This document shows positions 12,231-24,769 of a DNA stretch of 64,000 nucleotides, piece by piece. The DNA comes from Mobula hypostoma (taxonomy: Eukaryota): NCBI RefSeq assembly GCF_963921235.1, contig NC_086097.1:237896001-237960000 (forward strand), written 5' to 3'. The stretch's first letter is position 1, and each line of letters begins with the position of its first letter. Position numbers and translations under genes: made by a program. The notes beneath the pieces are model-generated. The model saw nothing but the letters and a program-made list of their open reading frames with translations, was not told where the DNA came from and made no database searches.

Positions 12231-14569
12231 GGATCACAAGAGAGTGAATTTGTTGAAAGTTGGCGAGATGGCTTTTTAGAACACCTTGTGCTCGAGCCTA
12301 ATCAAAGAGAGGCAATCTTAGATTAGGTGTTATGTAATAACCAAGAGCTTAATGTAAGGAAACCCTCAGGAGACAGTGATCATAATATGATTGAATTCAT
12401 ACTGCATTTGAAGAGGGAGAAGCATAGGTTACATGTATCAGTATACAATGGAATAAAGGGAATTACAGAAGCATGAGGAACTAGCCTAAGTGGATTGGAG
12501 GATGAAGTTCTCAAATGGCAGGGGCAGGCAAGCATGGCTAACAATGGAAGTTAAGGACTGCATAAAACCTGAGGAAAGGGCATATAAGGTAGCAAAAATG
12601 AGTGAGAAAATGGATGATTGGGAAGTTCTTAAAATCCAACAAAAAGCAACTAAAAAAGCTATAAGAAGGGAAAAGATGCAATATGAGGACAAACAAGTCA
12701 ATAATATAAAGCAGGATACCAACAGATTTTTCAGTTATATCAAGAGCAAAGGGATGCGAGACTTGATATTGGATCACTGGAAAAAGATGGTTGTGAGGTA
12801 GTAATGGGGGATAAAGAAATAGCAGATGATCTTAATGAGTACTTTGCATCTTTCTTAACTGTGAATGACACTAGCAGCATGCCAGTGGTCCGTGAGCGTC
12901 AGGGGGCAGGAGTGAGTGCCATTGTTATTGCAAAGGAAAAATTGCTAGGCAAATTCAAAGGTCTTAAGTTGGATAAGTCACCTGGATCAGATGGACTATG
13001 TCCCAGGGTCCTGAGAGAGGATGATGAAGAGATAGCAAATGCATTGGTTACGATCTTTCAAGAATCACTTGATTCTGCCATGGTCCCAGAGGACTCTAAG
13101 ATTGCAAAGGCCACTCCACTCTTTAAGTAAGAAGGAAGGCAAAAGAAAAGAAATTGTAGGCCAGTTAGCCTAACCTCAGTGGTTGGGAAAGTGTTGGAGT
13201 CTATATTAAGGATGAGGTTTCGAGTTACCTGGAGACTAATAACAAAATAAGTCAAATTCAACATGGTTTTTGAGAAGGGAAATCTTGTCTGACAAATCTG
13301 TTAGAGTTCTTCAAGGAAATAACCAACAAAGGAAAGGTGGTGGATGTCATTTATTTGGATTTTCAAAAGGCATGTCATAAGGTGCCACACATGAGGCTGC
13401 TTAACAAGATTAAATCCTATGGTGTTACGGGAAATATACTGGTATGGATAGAGGAATGGCTGACAGGCTGGAGGCAGCAAGTAGGAATAAAAGGGACCTT
13501 TCCCGGTTGGTTGGTTTTCCTGGTTGGCATACTAGTGGTGTACCTCAGGGGTCGGTATTGGGACCGTTACTTTTAACGTTGTCAACGATTTGCATAATGG
13601 CTTTGTGTCAAGGTTTGTGGATGATATGAAGACAGGTGGAGGGGTAGGTGGTGCTGAGGAAGCAATGCGATTGCAGCAGGACTTAGACAAATTAGAAGAA
13701 TGGGCAAAAAAGTGGCAGATGGAATACAGTGTTGGAAAATTTTGATAATGTATTTACATAAAAGGAACAATAATGTGGACTATTATCTAAATGGAGAGAA
13801 GGTTCTAACATCAGAGGTGCAGAGGGATTGGGAGTCCTTGTGCAAGACTCCCAGAAGGTTAATTTACAGGTTGAGTCTGTAGTAAAGAAGGCAAATGGAA
13901 TGCTGGCATTTACTTTAAAGGGAATAGAATATAAAAGCAAGGAGATAATGCTGAGCCTATTTAAGACCACACTTGCAGTACTGTCAGCAGTTTTGGGCCC
14001 CATATCTCAGAAAGGATATGTTGTCATTGGAGAGAGTCCAGAGGAGATTCACAAGGATGATTCCAGGAATGAACGGGTGAACATATGAGTGTTTGGCAGC
14101 TTCGGGACTGTGTTCACTGGAATTTAGAAGACTATGTTGGGATCTCATTGAAACCTACCTAATGTTTAAAGGACTAGATAGTGTGGATGTGGAGATGTTA
14201 TTTCCTATGATGAGGGCATCCAGAACTCAAGGGCACAGCCTCAAAATTGAGGGGCGGCCTTTTAGAACAGAGGTAAGGAGGATTTTTTTTTTCCCCCCAG
14301 AGAGTATTAAATCCATGGAATACTCTGCCACAGACTGTGGTGGAGGCCAAGTCCATGGGTATAATAGTTAAGGTGGAGGTTAATCTTTTCATGATCGGAC
14401 AGAGCATCAAAGGATATGGAGAGAAAGCAGGTGAATGGAGTTGAGTGGGATCCGGAATCAGCCATAATGTCGTGGCAGAACAGACGTGACAGGCTTGATA
14501 TCCGAATTCTGCTCCTATGTTTTAAGGTCTTATGGTCTAAAGCTAATCGTTACCTTTATAACTAGTTTA

Positions 14570-16722
14570 GAACATAGATATAAAAACAATGAAAACCTAG
14601 AGCACAATACAGGCCTTTCGGCCCACTAAACTGTACTGAACATGTCCCTACCTTAGAACTTCCTAGGTTTTACCCATAGCCCTCTATTTTTCTAAGCTCC
14701 ACGTAGCCATCCAGGAGTCTCTTAAAAAACCCTATCATTTCCACCTCCACCACCGCAGCCAGCAGCCCATTCCACGCGCTCACCACCCTCTGCATAAAAA
14801 AACTTACTCTGACATCCCCTCTGTACCTACTTCCAAGCACTATGCCCACTCATGCTAGCCATTTCAGCCCTGGGGAAAAGACTCTGACTATCCACACAAT
14901 CAATGCCTCTCATCATCTTATACACATCTATCGGGTCACCTCTCATCCACAGCACTCCAAGGAGAAAAGGCCGAATTCACTCAACCTATTCTCATAAGGC
15001 ATGCTCCTCAGTCCAGGCAACATTCTTGTAAATCTCCTCTGCACCCTTTCTATGGCTTCCATGTCCTTCCTGTTGTGAGGCGACCAGAACTGAGCATAGC
15101 ACTCCAAGTGGGGTGTGACCAGCATCCTATATAGCTACAACATTACCTCTCGGCTCCTGAACTCAATCCCACGATTGATGAAGGCCAATGCACCGTATGC
15201 TTTCTTAACCACAGAGTCAACCTGCATAGCAGCTTTGAGTGTCCTATGGACTCGGACCCCAAGATCCCTCCGATCCTCCACACTGCCAAGAGTCTTACCA
15301 TTAATGCTATATTCTGCCATCATATTTGACCTACCAGAATGAACCACCTCACCCTTATCTGGGTAGAACTCCATCTGCCAGTTCTCAGCCCAGTTTTGCA
15401 TCCTATCAATGTCACGTTGTAACCTCTGACAGCCCTCCACACTATCTACAACACCCCTATCATGTGATCATCAGAAAATTTACTAACCCATCCTTCCACT
15501 TCCTCATCCAGGTCATTTATAAAAAAAAAAAATCACAAAGAGTAGGGGTCCCAGAACAGATCCCTAAGGCACACCGCTGGTCACCGGCCTCCATGCAGAA
15601 TATGACCCATCTACAACCACTCTTTGCCTTCTGTGGGCAAGCCAATTCTGGATCCACAAAGCAATGTCCCCTTGCTTCCCATGCCTCCTTACTTTCTCAA
15701 AAAGCCTTGCATTGGTTACCTTATCAAATGCCTTACTAAAATCCATATACACTACATCTACGGTTCTACCTTCATCAATGTTTTTAGCCACAGCCTCAAA
15801 AAATTCAATCAGGCTTGTAAGGCACGACCTGCCTTTGGCAAAGCCATGCTGACTATTCCTAAACATATCATGCCTGTCCAAATGTTCTTAAATCCTGCCT
15901 CTCAGGATCTTCTCCATCAACTTACCAACCACTGAAGTAAGACTCACTGGCGTATAATTTCCTGGGCTATCCCTACTCCCTTTCTTGAATAAGGGAACAA
16001 CATCTGGAACCTCTCCCATCCTCATTGATGATGCAAAGGTGATTGCCAGAGGCTCCGCAATCTCCTCCCTTGCTTCCCACAGTAGCCTGAGGTACATCCT
16101 GTCTGGTTCTGGTGACTTATCCACCTTGATGCTTTCCAAAAGCTCCAGCACATCTAGTTCCTTACTATTTACAAGCTCAAGCTTTTCAGTCCACTGCAAG
16201 TGATCCTTACAATGGCCAAGATCCTTTCCGTAGTGAATACTGAAGCAAAGTATTCATTAAGTACCTCAGCTATTTCCTTCAGTTCCATACTCAGTTTTCC
16301 ACTGTCACACTTGATTGATCCTATTCTCTTACGTCTTCTCCTCTTGCTCTTCGCATACTTGTAGAATGCCTTGGGGTTTTCCTTAAACCTGTCAGCTAAG
16401 GCCTTCTCATGGCCCCTTTGGCTCTCCTAATTTCATTCTTAAGCTCCTACCTGCTAGCCTTATAATCTTCTAGATCTCTATCATTACCTAGTTGTTTGAA
16501 CCTTTCGTAAGCTCTTCTTCTTGACTAGGTTTACAATAGCCTTTGTACACCACTGATCTTGTACCCTACCATCCTTTCCAGGTCTCATTGGAACATACCT
16601 ACTCAGAACCCCATGTAAATATCTCCTGAACATATGCCACTTTTCTTCTGTACATTTCCCTGAAAACATCTGTTTCCAATTTATGCTTCCTAGTTCCTGC
16701 CTGATAGCCTCATAGTTTCTAA
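14570..16722 (-). mobile_element. CR1 LINE, 5'-truncated
   Basis: ORF pieces SQHGFAKGRSCLT, YMDFSKAFDKV and VVPLFKKGSRDSPGNY; (CATAGA)n-like tail near 14570. Confidence 0.92.
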
Positions 16723-17064
16723 TTCCTGACAGGCAGATAAATTCTCTCATTTCCCCTTATAATTTTTCCCCTTATTTTATTGACAATCAATACTGTCCTC
16801 AAATTGTGAGACACTGTTTGGTCTTCTTTGTATCTTATTACATTGAAATTGATGCTGATCATACAGAAACATATTTTTTATGAACCCAAGCCCAAGTTCA
16901 ATCTCTTTATTTTTCCTATTACTTTAAAGTCCATATTTTGTATTACTCAATTATAAGTTCATCATCTTCAGTTTTTTCTACTTTGTGTTTTTGTCTGGAA
17001 TGTCCATGATGATTAAGAGAAGTCTAATCATTTTACAATCCATTGAGCACAACTACATGACTAC

Positions 17065-17525
17065 ATGAAATGCAGTCGTAAGGAAGCTGCATCCATCATC
17101 AGAGATCACCACCACCCAGGCCAACTTCCTTTCTCACTGCTACTATCAGGTAGAAGATACAAGAGCCTCAGGGCTCACACCACTAGGCTCAAGAACAGTT
17201 ACTACCCCATAACCACTGGACTCTTGAACAAAGGTGGATAACTACACTCACTTGCTCATCCATTAAGAGTATCCCACAACCAATAATCTCATTTTAAGGG
17301 TTCTTTATCTTGTTATCTCATGTTCTCATTATTTATTGCTATTTATTTATATTTTCATTTGCACAGTTTGTTGCGTTCTGCACTCTAGTTGATCTTTCAT
17401 TGATACTGTTCTGGTGACTTTTCTACAGAACTGCTGAGTATGTCTGCAGGAAAATGATTCGTGGGGTTGTATATGGTGACATTTTTGTACTTTGATAATA
17501 AAATTTATTTCGGACTTTTGAATTT
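17065..17525 (+). mobile_element. Rex/Babar-type LINE 3' fragment
   Basis: KAASIIRDHHHPG..LLLSGRRYKSLRAHTTRLKNSYYP peptide plus 3' UTR. Confidence 0.75.
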
Positions 17526-17654
17526 TTTCCCAATACCAATTATATTGTACTGCAAGTTATAAACAAAAATGTCATAAAAAGAATTTTGAGAACGATTGAC
17601 AACAAATTCATCTCCTTAACTTGGTTTATAACTCAGGCAATACAGCACTGGCAC

Positions 17655-18085
17655 ATCCTTCCTTACTGTTGGTGGTATATGCATAAGGTACTGCCTCGAG
17701 AAGGCAACATTCATTAACAAAGACGTCACTGTCTAGGTCATTCCATATTCTCGTAGGGTCCTTTGGGAAGGAAGTACAAAAGCTTGAGGTCCCACATCAC
17801 CAGGTTCAAGAACAGTTACCTCCCTTCGACAATTCATGTATTCAACCAACCTGAATGACTATAATCAGTCCCTCAATGTGACAAGACGTCACTGCGCTAC
17901 AATGGACATTTCTTTTTTGTTCTAATGATTTTTTTTGTAAAAATGTGCACAATATGTACAGTTTTTCTTGTGAATGCTGCTTGTCTGATATATTGCCGTG
18001 ATGCTGCTGTATGTAATTTTCTCATTACACCCGTGCATTCATCTGCTTGTGCATATGACAGTGAACCCGGCTTTTACTTTGATTA
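17655..18085 (+). mobile_element. Rex/Babar-type LINE 3' fragment
   Basis: CLEKA..GRKYKSLRSHITRFKNSY peptide plus 3' UTR ending TTTACTTTGA. Confidence 0.7.
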
Positions 18086-19000
18086 CTGTCTCTCATTTGA
18101 TGGTAGCAGGGAAGTGAAACAAATGTTACATCACCTGATATCTGATCAACTGATTATAAAGCTACCTCTCCATGACTTTTGCACTTGCAATGATGACTTT
18201 ACCAATGAACTCAGTCCTGAAAATGTCAAAAATTCATGAATAGTATTGTCACTCACGGCAATGTTTGAGGAAGTAACATATAAAAATGTGACCATATTCA
18301 AAATACATTTATTATCAAAGAACGTACACATTATGCAGGCTTGAGATTTGTCTGCTTACAGTCAGCCACAAAGCAAGAAACCCAAAAGAACCCAACTTAA
18401 AAAAACTTCTAGTTTTAGATGGCCCTAACAAACACGTGTGGCAGCTCAGTGGTAGTTCAAAAGGCAAGAAATTTGACTTTAATTTGACCATGTGACTGAT
18501 AGTGTGGTCCATTAATGATATAATAAGAGGGTCCTTGGCAATTTAAGAGCCTGTGGTATTAGAGGTAAGATACTAGCATAAATAGTGCATTGTCTGATTG
18601 GCAGGAGGCAAAGAGTGTGAATAAAGGGAGCCTTTTCTGTTTGGCTGCTGGTGACTAGTGATGTTCCACAGGGCTCGGTGTTGGGTAAGCTTCTTTTTAC
18701 GTGTAGGTCAATGATGTTGATGATTGAATTGACGGCTTTGCGGCCAAGTTTGCAAACGATACAAAGGTAGGTACAGGGCAGGTAGTGTTGAGGAAGCAGA
18801 AACAGGGAGGCTGAAGAAGGATTAAAACAGATTAGCAGAATGGGCAAAGAAGTAGCAAATGGAATACAATGTATGGTCATATGCTCTGGTAGAAGAAATA
18901 AAAGTAAACAATTTTCTGAACAGAGAGAAAATTCAAAAATCTGAGGTGCAAAGGGACTTGGGAGTCTTTGTGCAAGATTACCTAAGGATTAACTTGCAAG

Positions 19001-19419
19001 CAACACACATCAAAGTTGCTGGTGAACGCAGCAGGCCAAGCAGCATCTGTAGGAAGAGGTGCAGTCGGCGTTTCAGGCCGAGACCCTTCGTCAGGACTAA
19101 CTGAAGGAAGAGCTAGTAAGAGATTTAAAAGTTGGAGGGGGAGGGGGAGATCCAAAATGATAGGAGAAGACAGGAGGGGGAGGGATGGAGCCGAGAGCTG
19201 GACAGGTGATTGGCAAAGGGGATACGAGAGGATCATGGGACAGGAGGTCCGGGAAGAAAGACAAGGGGAGGGGGGACGCAGAGGATGGGCAAGAAGTATA
19301 TTCAGAGGGACAGAGGGAGAAAAAGGAGAGTGAGAGAAAGAATGTGTGCATAAAAATAAGTAACAGGTGCGGCATGAGGGGGAGGTGGGGCCTAGCGGAA
19401 GTTAGAGAAGTCGATGTTC
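19001..19419 (-). mobile_element. Penelope-like element 3' end with 13-bp TSD
   Basis: TSD ATTAACTTGCAAG at 18988-19000 and 19420-19432. Minus strand reads (M)NIDFSNFR* (ORF end), then a CT-rich tract, hammerhead and pLTR. CpGs are retained, suggesting a young copy. Confidence 0.9.
19063..19098 (-). ncRNA. Minimal type-I hammerhead ribozyme motif
   Basis: AGTC-CTGACGA-AGGGTCTCGGCCT-GAAA-CG-CC-GACT; stems I and II pair; triplet is GCC instead of GUC. Confidence 0.75.
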
Positions 19420-21356
19420 ATTAACTTGCAAGTTGATTCAGTGGTGAGGAAAGCTAATGCAATGTTTGCATCCATTTTGAGAGGACTGAAATATAAAAAG
19501 AAGCTTGCAATGCTGAGGCTTTATAAGGCACTTGTGACTGTGAGCAGCTTTGACCTCCTTATTTAACAAAGGATGTGCTGACATTGGAGAGGATTCAATG
19601 GAGGTTCACTGGAATAATTCCGAGATTGAAAGGTTTATCATATGAGAAGCATTTAATGGCTCTGGGCTTGTATTCACCGGAATTTAGAAGAATGAGGGGT
19701 GACCTCATTGAAACCTGTCAAATGTTGAATGGCTTGGATAGAGTGGATGTGAAGAGGATGTTTCCAATGGTGGGGGAGTCTAGGACCAGTTAACACAGCC
19801 TCAGAATAGAGGGACATCCATTTAGAATGGAGATAAGGAGGAATTTCTGTAGTCAGAGGGTGGTGAATCTCTGGAATTTATTACCACAGGTGGCTGTGTA
19901 GACCAACTCATTGGATATATTTAAAGCAGAGGTTGATAGATTCTTGATAAGTCAGTGATTGAAAGGTTACATGGCAAAGGCTGAAGAACGGGGTTGAGAG
20001 GAAAATGGATCAGTATGATCAAATAGTAGAGCTGACACAATGGGCCAGATGGCCTAATTCTGCTCCATTGTCTTCTGGTCTTATAATGCGTAACAGAATA
20101 GAATAATAGGCTGTGAGTTCTCTTCACATTTTGCTGGAAATGTTTTGCACTCCTTTACACAACTCTTTCTTCTTACAGTATAAACTATAAGAAGCTTGAA
20201 TCTTTTTAAATCAACACAGTGCGAATGTGTTTTCAACAGAACAGTAACAGCACAGCATGTAGATCTTTGAAAATATACTGATAACATCCCTGCCTTCTCA
20301 GTCTCGGCTCGCAGAATCATTCCTTTCAGCTACATTTCTGTTCCCTCTTCACTGGTACTCAAATCTGAACCCTACTACTTCTTTTCTGAAAGTGCTATCG
20401 GAAGTAATAAAGCAGAATTAATTTGGCCAGATAACTAACCAGCTAAGGGATCATGAACACTTCAGGATTTCATAATATTCACCCACAAATGCTATATTAA
20501 TTATAGTAACCCCCGAAGGAGTTTCGAGTATTTTCACCAGCCAAGTATAACACTGGGTCACAGGGTATTTTATTTTCTCTGGCACATTTCCCATTGTCAA
20601 AGGCCACAAAGAAACAAACTAACACATTGGACACTCTTGCCTCTGGTATTTAAATTCATTCCGAAGACATTAGAAATAAAAATGTCACTTCAAGTGCTGA
20701 GACTCATGATGCTCATAGATTAGCTTACAAATGCTTTGAGCAACACTGCAAAGTCGCATTCATCACACATTTTTGTACAAAGCATTCTCCACCAAATGAT
20801 CTGGCTATCAGTGGATCTGTTCATCACAAAAGTGGAAGAATAATTATGCAGTTTTAGACACACCCATTGATATTACAGCTGACGAGATACGAAAGGTGTA
20901 AGTGCAGCTTTGCCCCACTTCTATTATATACACGTATAATAATAAAAATTATTTTTTATGTTTTATAACTTTTCAACCTGAAAACATATTTTAAAGTTGC
21001 CTCCAGACATCTAAGACTATAAGACATAGGAGCAGAAATAGGCCATGTGGCCCATTGAGTACTCCAGCTTTCCACAATGGCTAATTTATTATCATGCTCA
21101 ACCCCGTATCATACCTTCTCCCCATAACCTTTGATGCTCTTAGTAATCAATAACCCACTTTAAATATACCTTATATACAGCTGTCTCTGGGAATGAATTC
21201 CACAGATCCATCATCCTCTGGCTAGAGAAATTTCTCCTCAGCTCTGTTCTAGAGGAGTGTCTCTCTATTCTGAGGCTTTTCTAAGGCCCAGTGGGCTGAG
21301 ACTTTCTCGCCATTGGAAAAATCCTCTCCACTCTATCTAGGCCTTTCAATATTCAA

Positions 21357-21454
21357 AGCGACACACACAAAATGCTGAAGGAACTCAGCAGGTCAGGCAG
21401 CATCTATGGAAAAGAGCAAACAGTCAACATTTTGGGCCAAGACCCTTCATCAGG
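21357..21454 (-). mobile_element. Solo PLE terminus (98 bp) with decayed hammerhead
   Basis: TSD ATATTCAA at 21349-21356 and 21455-21462; minus strand CCTGATGAAGGGTCTTGGCCCAAAATGTTGACTG. Confidence 0.8.
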
Positions 21455-21659
21455 ATATTCAATGAGATAGGTTTCAATGAGATTTCCCCCTCATTCCTCT
21501 AAATTCCAGCAAGTATAGGCCCAAAGCCATCAAATTCTCATCATACATTAACTTTTTTATTCCCAGGATTATTCTTGAACCCTCTCCAATGCTAGTGCAT
21601 CCTTTCTTAGGTAAGAGGATCAAAACTGCTCAGAATGTGGTCTGACCAACACCTTACAG

Positions 21660-21874
21660 CAGTGGTCCCCAACCACCGGGCCGCGAGCATGTGCTACCGG
21701 GCTGCGAGGAAACGATATGATTTGGCGATATGAAACAATATGAGTCAGCTACACCTTTCCTCATTCCCAGTCAAGCACTGTTGAACTTGAACACACACCC
21801 CACCGTCAGCCGGTCTGCAAGAATATCGTCAATATTAAACCGGACCGCAGTGCGCGAAATGTTGGGGACCCCTG
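21660..21874. mobile_element. hAT (Charlie-like) MITE, 215 bp
   Basis: TIRs CAGTGGTCCCCAAC / GTTGGGGACCCCTG; 8-bp TSD CCTTACAG (21652-21659) / CCTTATAG (21875-21882). Confidence 0.9.
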
Positions 21875-22530
21875 CCTTATAGAACCTAAGCATTACATAT
21901 TTGTTTTCATATTCTAGTCCTCTGACCAATTCTCCCTCAAATTTGTAGTGATCAGTGTGTGCAAAAATCTTGTGTTGTGCGATTTTTTGCACAGTGATAA
22001 CAACATGTGCACACTGAATAATTTATTCAATTAAAACAGTATAAATAAGCCCGTTCTAAAATCGGCAGATAAATCATTGCAAACTCCACATTGCCAGCAC
22101 CGTTTGCATCAGAAGCTGGAAAAGGAAATGTGATTGCCTATGATCGTGAAGTATACTTAACATGCCAGCAAGGTAGAAGGTGACAACCTTTTGTGTGCAG
22201 TTTAAAAACCTTTGTGCACTATTAATAAGAGATGTGTGCATGCACACACATGCATACCTTAGAAGGAACATTGCCTCTGACCCATGTGCCACTGAATGTG
22301 ATTTTAGAAAAGAGTAGGTCATGATTGCTTTCTTGGCTAGGTATCACCAACTGCTAGCTTTAGACTAGGCTTCAGGAAGTTATATTTTATAAGCAGCACT
22401 GACATAATGGAAGAGTGACCCATCTGTTTGAAACAGATTGTGATTTATTTACATCTCAACAAATATTAAGAACATCTTAATAGTAAATTGATTCATGAAC
22501 ACATACCAGATTTCATTTCATAGAGTATTA

Positions 22531-23538
22531 CACTGGACAACAAAGATTTTGCTTCTTGAATACCTTTAGGTGTATCTTATGAATTTTGGGTTACTGATCA
22601 TGAAAATCATCATGACATTTCCCTATCACGCACCATTTCTTTAAATAAACCTGTGTTTATTATTTCAATTCATAATTCAAGGCAATTAAAATGTTGCCTA
22701 CAATGTAAACTGAAAAGTTTCCTATTTTGTCCAGGCATGCTTGTCCACGCTTAGGCGGTGTGGTTGTTGCATGGCAGGGCTGGTTTTAGTAATAATTACT
22801 GGGTTCAGGACTGTAAGGATAGAATTTGCTATCAGCAGGCACAACAATTTCTATGAAGGATTTTGATATTTGAGACAGATGCTTCCTAAAATAACTGATG
22901 CCAAGATTAAGGAAAGCATTTTTGTTGGTCCACAAATCAAACAGGTCATCAATGACAGGCAATTTGAATAATTTCTAATAGGACTGTAGAAAATCACATG
23001 GAAGGCATTCAAGGAAGTTGTTGAAATTCTTCTCAGCATCTACAGAGCACCAAACTACATGCAGCTGGTTGAAAGCATGCTTCAAGCATATAAAACCATG
23101 AAATGCAACATGTCACTAAAGATTCATTTTCTGCATTCCCACTTAGACTTCTTCCCTGCAAATCTTGGTGCTGTTAGTGACGAGCATGGTGAAAGGTGTC
23201 ACCAGGACATTGCGGTCATGGAGAAAAGATACCAGGGCAACTGGAATCCATCAATGCTGGTAAGTTACTGTTGGACACTTAAGCGAGAAGTCTCAGACAC
23301 TGAGTACAAATGAAAATCATTAACAAAATATTTTTAACTTAGTTGAACTATTGCAAAGCATCAGCACCATTACGCAATTAAACATACTATATTCAATAAA
23401 AGTTAATCTGTTGTTTCTCCAAATTCCTACGTGATACAAGTAGTCTGAAATTATATTTGTGTTCACCTTCAAGCAGTCTATCATAAACAAAAAAAATTCT
23501 GAGGAAGCAATACTTTTGAAAAAAATTGTTGTCCAGTG
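22531..23538 (+). mobile_element. Chapaev3-type (CMC) DNA transposon, internally deleted
   Basis: TIRs CACTGGACAACAA / TTGTTGTCCAGTG; TTA on both sides; transposase C-terminal remnant inside. Confidence 0.8.
22863..23313 (+). pseudogene. Chapaev3 transposase C-terminal remnant
   Basis: LPKITDAKIKESIFVGPQI (followed by stops) and MSLKIHFLHSHLDFFPANLGAVSDEHGERCHQDIAVMEKRYQGNWNPSML..YCWTL (ORF 23059-23313). Confidence 0.8.
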
Positions 23539-23549
23539 TTATTATTACA

Positions 23550-23965
23550 GATGCAGCCTTGCACTCAATAACCTTCTACTCAATATCAAGAAGACCAAGG
23601 AACTGATGGTGGACTTCAGGAAGGAGAAGTCAAGGAAGCACACACCAGTCCTCATCAAGGAATCAGCAGAGGAAAGGGTGGGCAACTTCAAGTCCCTGGA
23701 TGTCAGCATCTCTGAAAATCTATTCTGGGCCTAGGAACACTGGTACAATTATGAGGAAGGCATGCCAGCAGATATATTTCATTAGGAATTTGAGGTTTTA
23801 GTATGTCACCATATACTCTAGCAAATTCCTACAGATGTACTGTGGAGAGCATTATAATTGGTTGTATGAAGTTAATAAAAGTAGTCTGGTATGAAGGGGC
23901 CACTTCACAGGATTGGAAGAAGCTACAGAGGATTGCAGACTCCGCCAGCTTCATCAAGGAGAATA
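23550..23965 (+). mobile_element. Rex/Babar-type LINE internal fragment
   Basis: NNLLLNIKKTKELMVDFRK and LANSYRCTVESII peptides. Confidence 0.8.
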
Positions 23966-24769
23966 GATTCTCCAACATTAGCACATTTGCTTAAGTACAG
24001 GTAAGTAGCTTCGAACATTTTTTTGAGAGCTTGGTGTAGCACGGTGAATATGTTACACAGTCTTTTTCACTACATTATTAAATCTTTTGCCAAGTGAAAA
24101 ATAAAGATTGAGTCATAGTACAAAGCTAAGATGAAATCAGAGAGCAGATTTTTAGAAAACAGTAAATAAATAATACTTATATTTTGACAAATATATTGTA
24201 ATTACTTACAAAAACCAGTCTGTGCATATTAATTATGCTTTTAGGTCTGAAGAAGTTTCTGAACAATAATAATGCATGCCATTAAAACCTCACCTCATCC
24301 TTTTGCAACAAAGCAGAGCCTTTTCAGGGTTTTTTTTAGAATGAGAATAAATTGAAAGCACCTGGAGTTCTCATCACATCACTGATTTCTGTTTAAACTG
24401 GTGAAGGCTGCAAAATTGCACTCCCTGCAGGGGAACTGGAAATCTTTGTGAGTAACTCCTTGATTTTTTTTTGCATTTTACAGCTCTCCAGACAATGGTG
24501 TCCATTCTATGCTCCAATGAAAATGAGCACTGTCAGTGTTCCTTTCTTAACACCCAAAAAATCTGAGACACTGTGTTTGCGAGTAGTTTTTCCAGATAAG
24601 AGACTTCAGAGTGCCCTCTAAAGTTGTACCATGATATGTGATAGGTATGATGAGGATTGACCATTCTTTATTTGTAAATAATTTATTTGACTGTGCTTAC
24701 AAGATATTTGTATTTAAAGTCATGGCTTACTGAAGTGGGAGCTAATGTAAGTCACTAAGTATAAGATCT

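Larger units (their letters stand above)
10670..14540 (+). mobile_element. Near full-length decayed CR1 LINE (ORF1 esterase, endonuclease, RT)
   Basis: ORF1 SGNH-like motifs near 10680-11150 (DSIV, LPGAR, IGTNN, LHLN..GTNIL); endonuclease start near 11345; RT motifs YLDFQKA and SGVPQGSVLGP; TTATGGTCT tail; many stops and frameshifts. Confidence 0.9.
18520..20085 (+). mobile_element. CR1 LINE fragment interrupted by a PLE
   Basis: VPQGSVLG, FAND, QRDLGV and EFRRMRGDLIET motifs; the host sequence is continuous across 19001-19419. Confidence 0.9.
21012..21925 (-). mobile_element. CR1 3' fragment hosting a PLE and a hAT MITE
   Basis: (CATAAGA)n-like tail near 21012; minus-strand GLEYENKYVMLRFYKA peptide. 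Confidence 0.85.
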
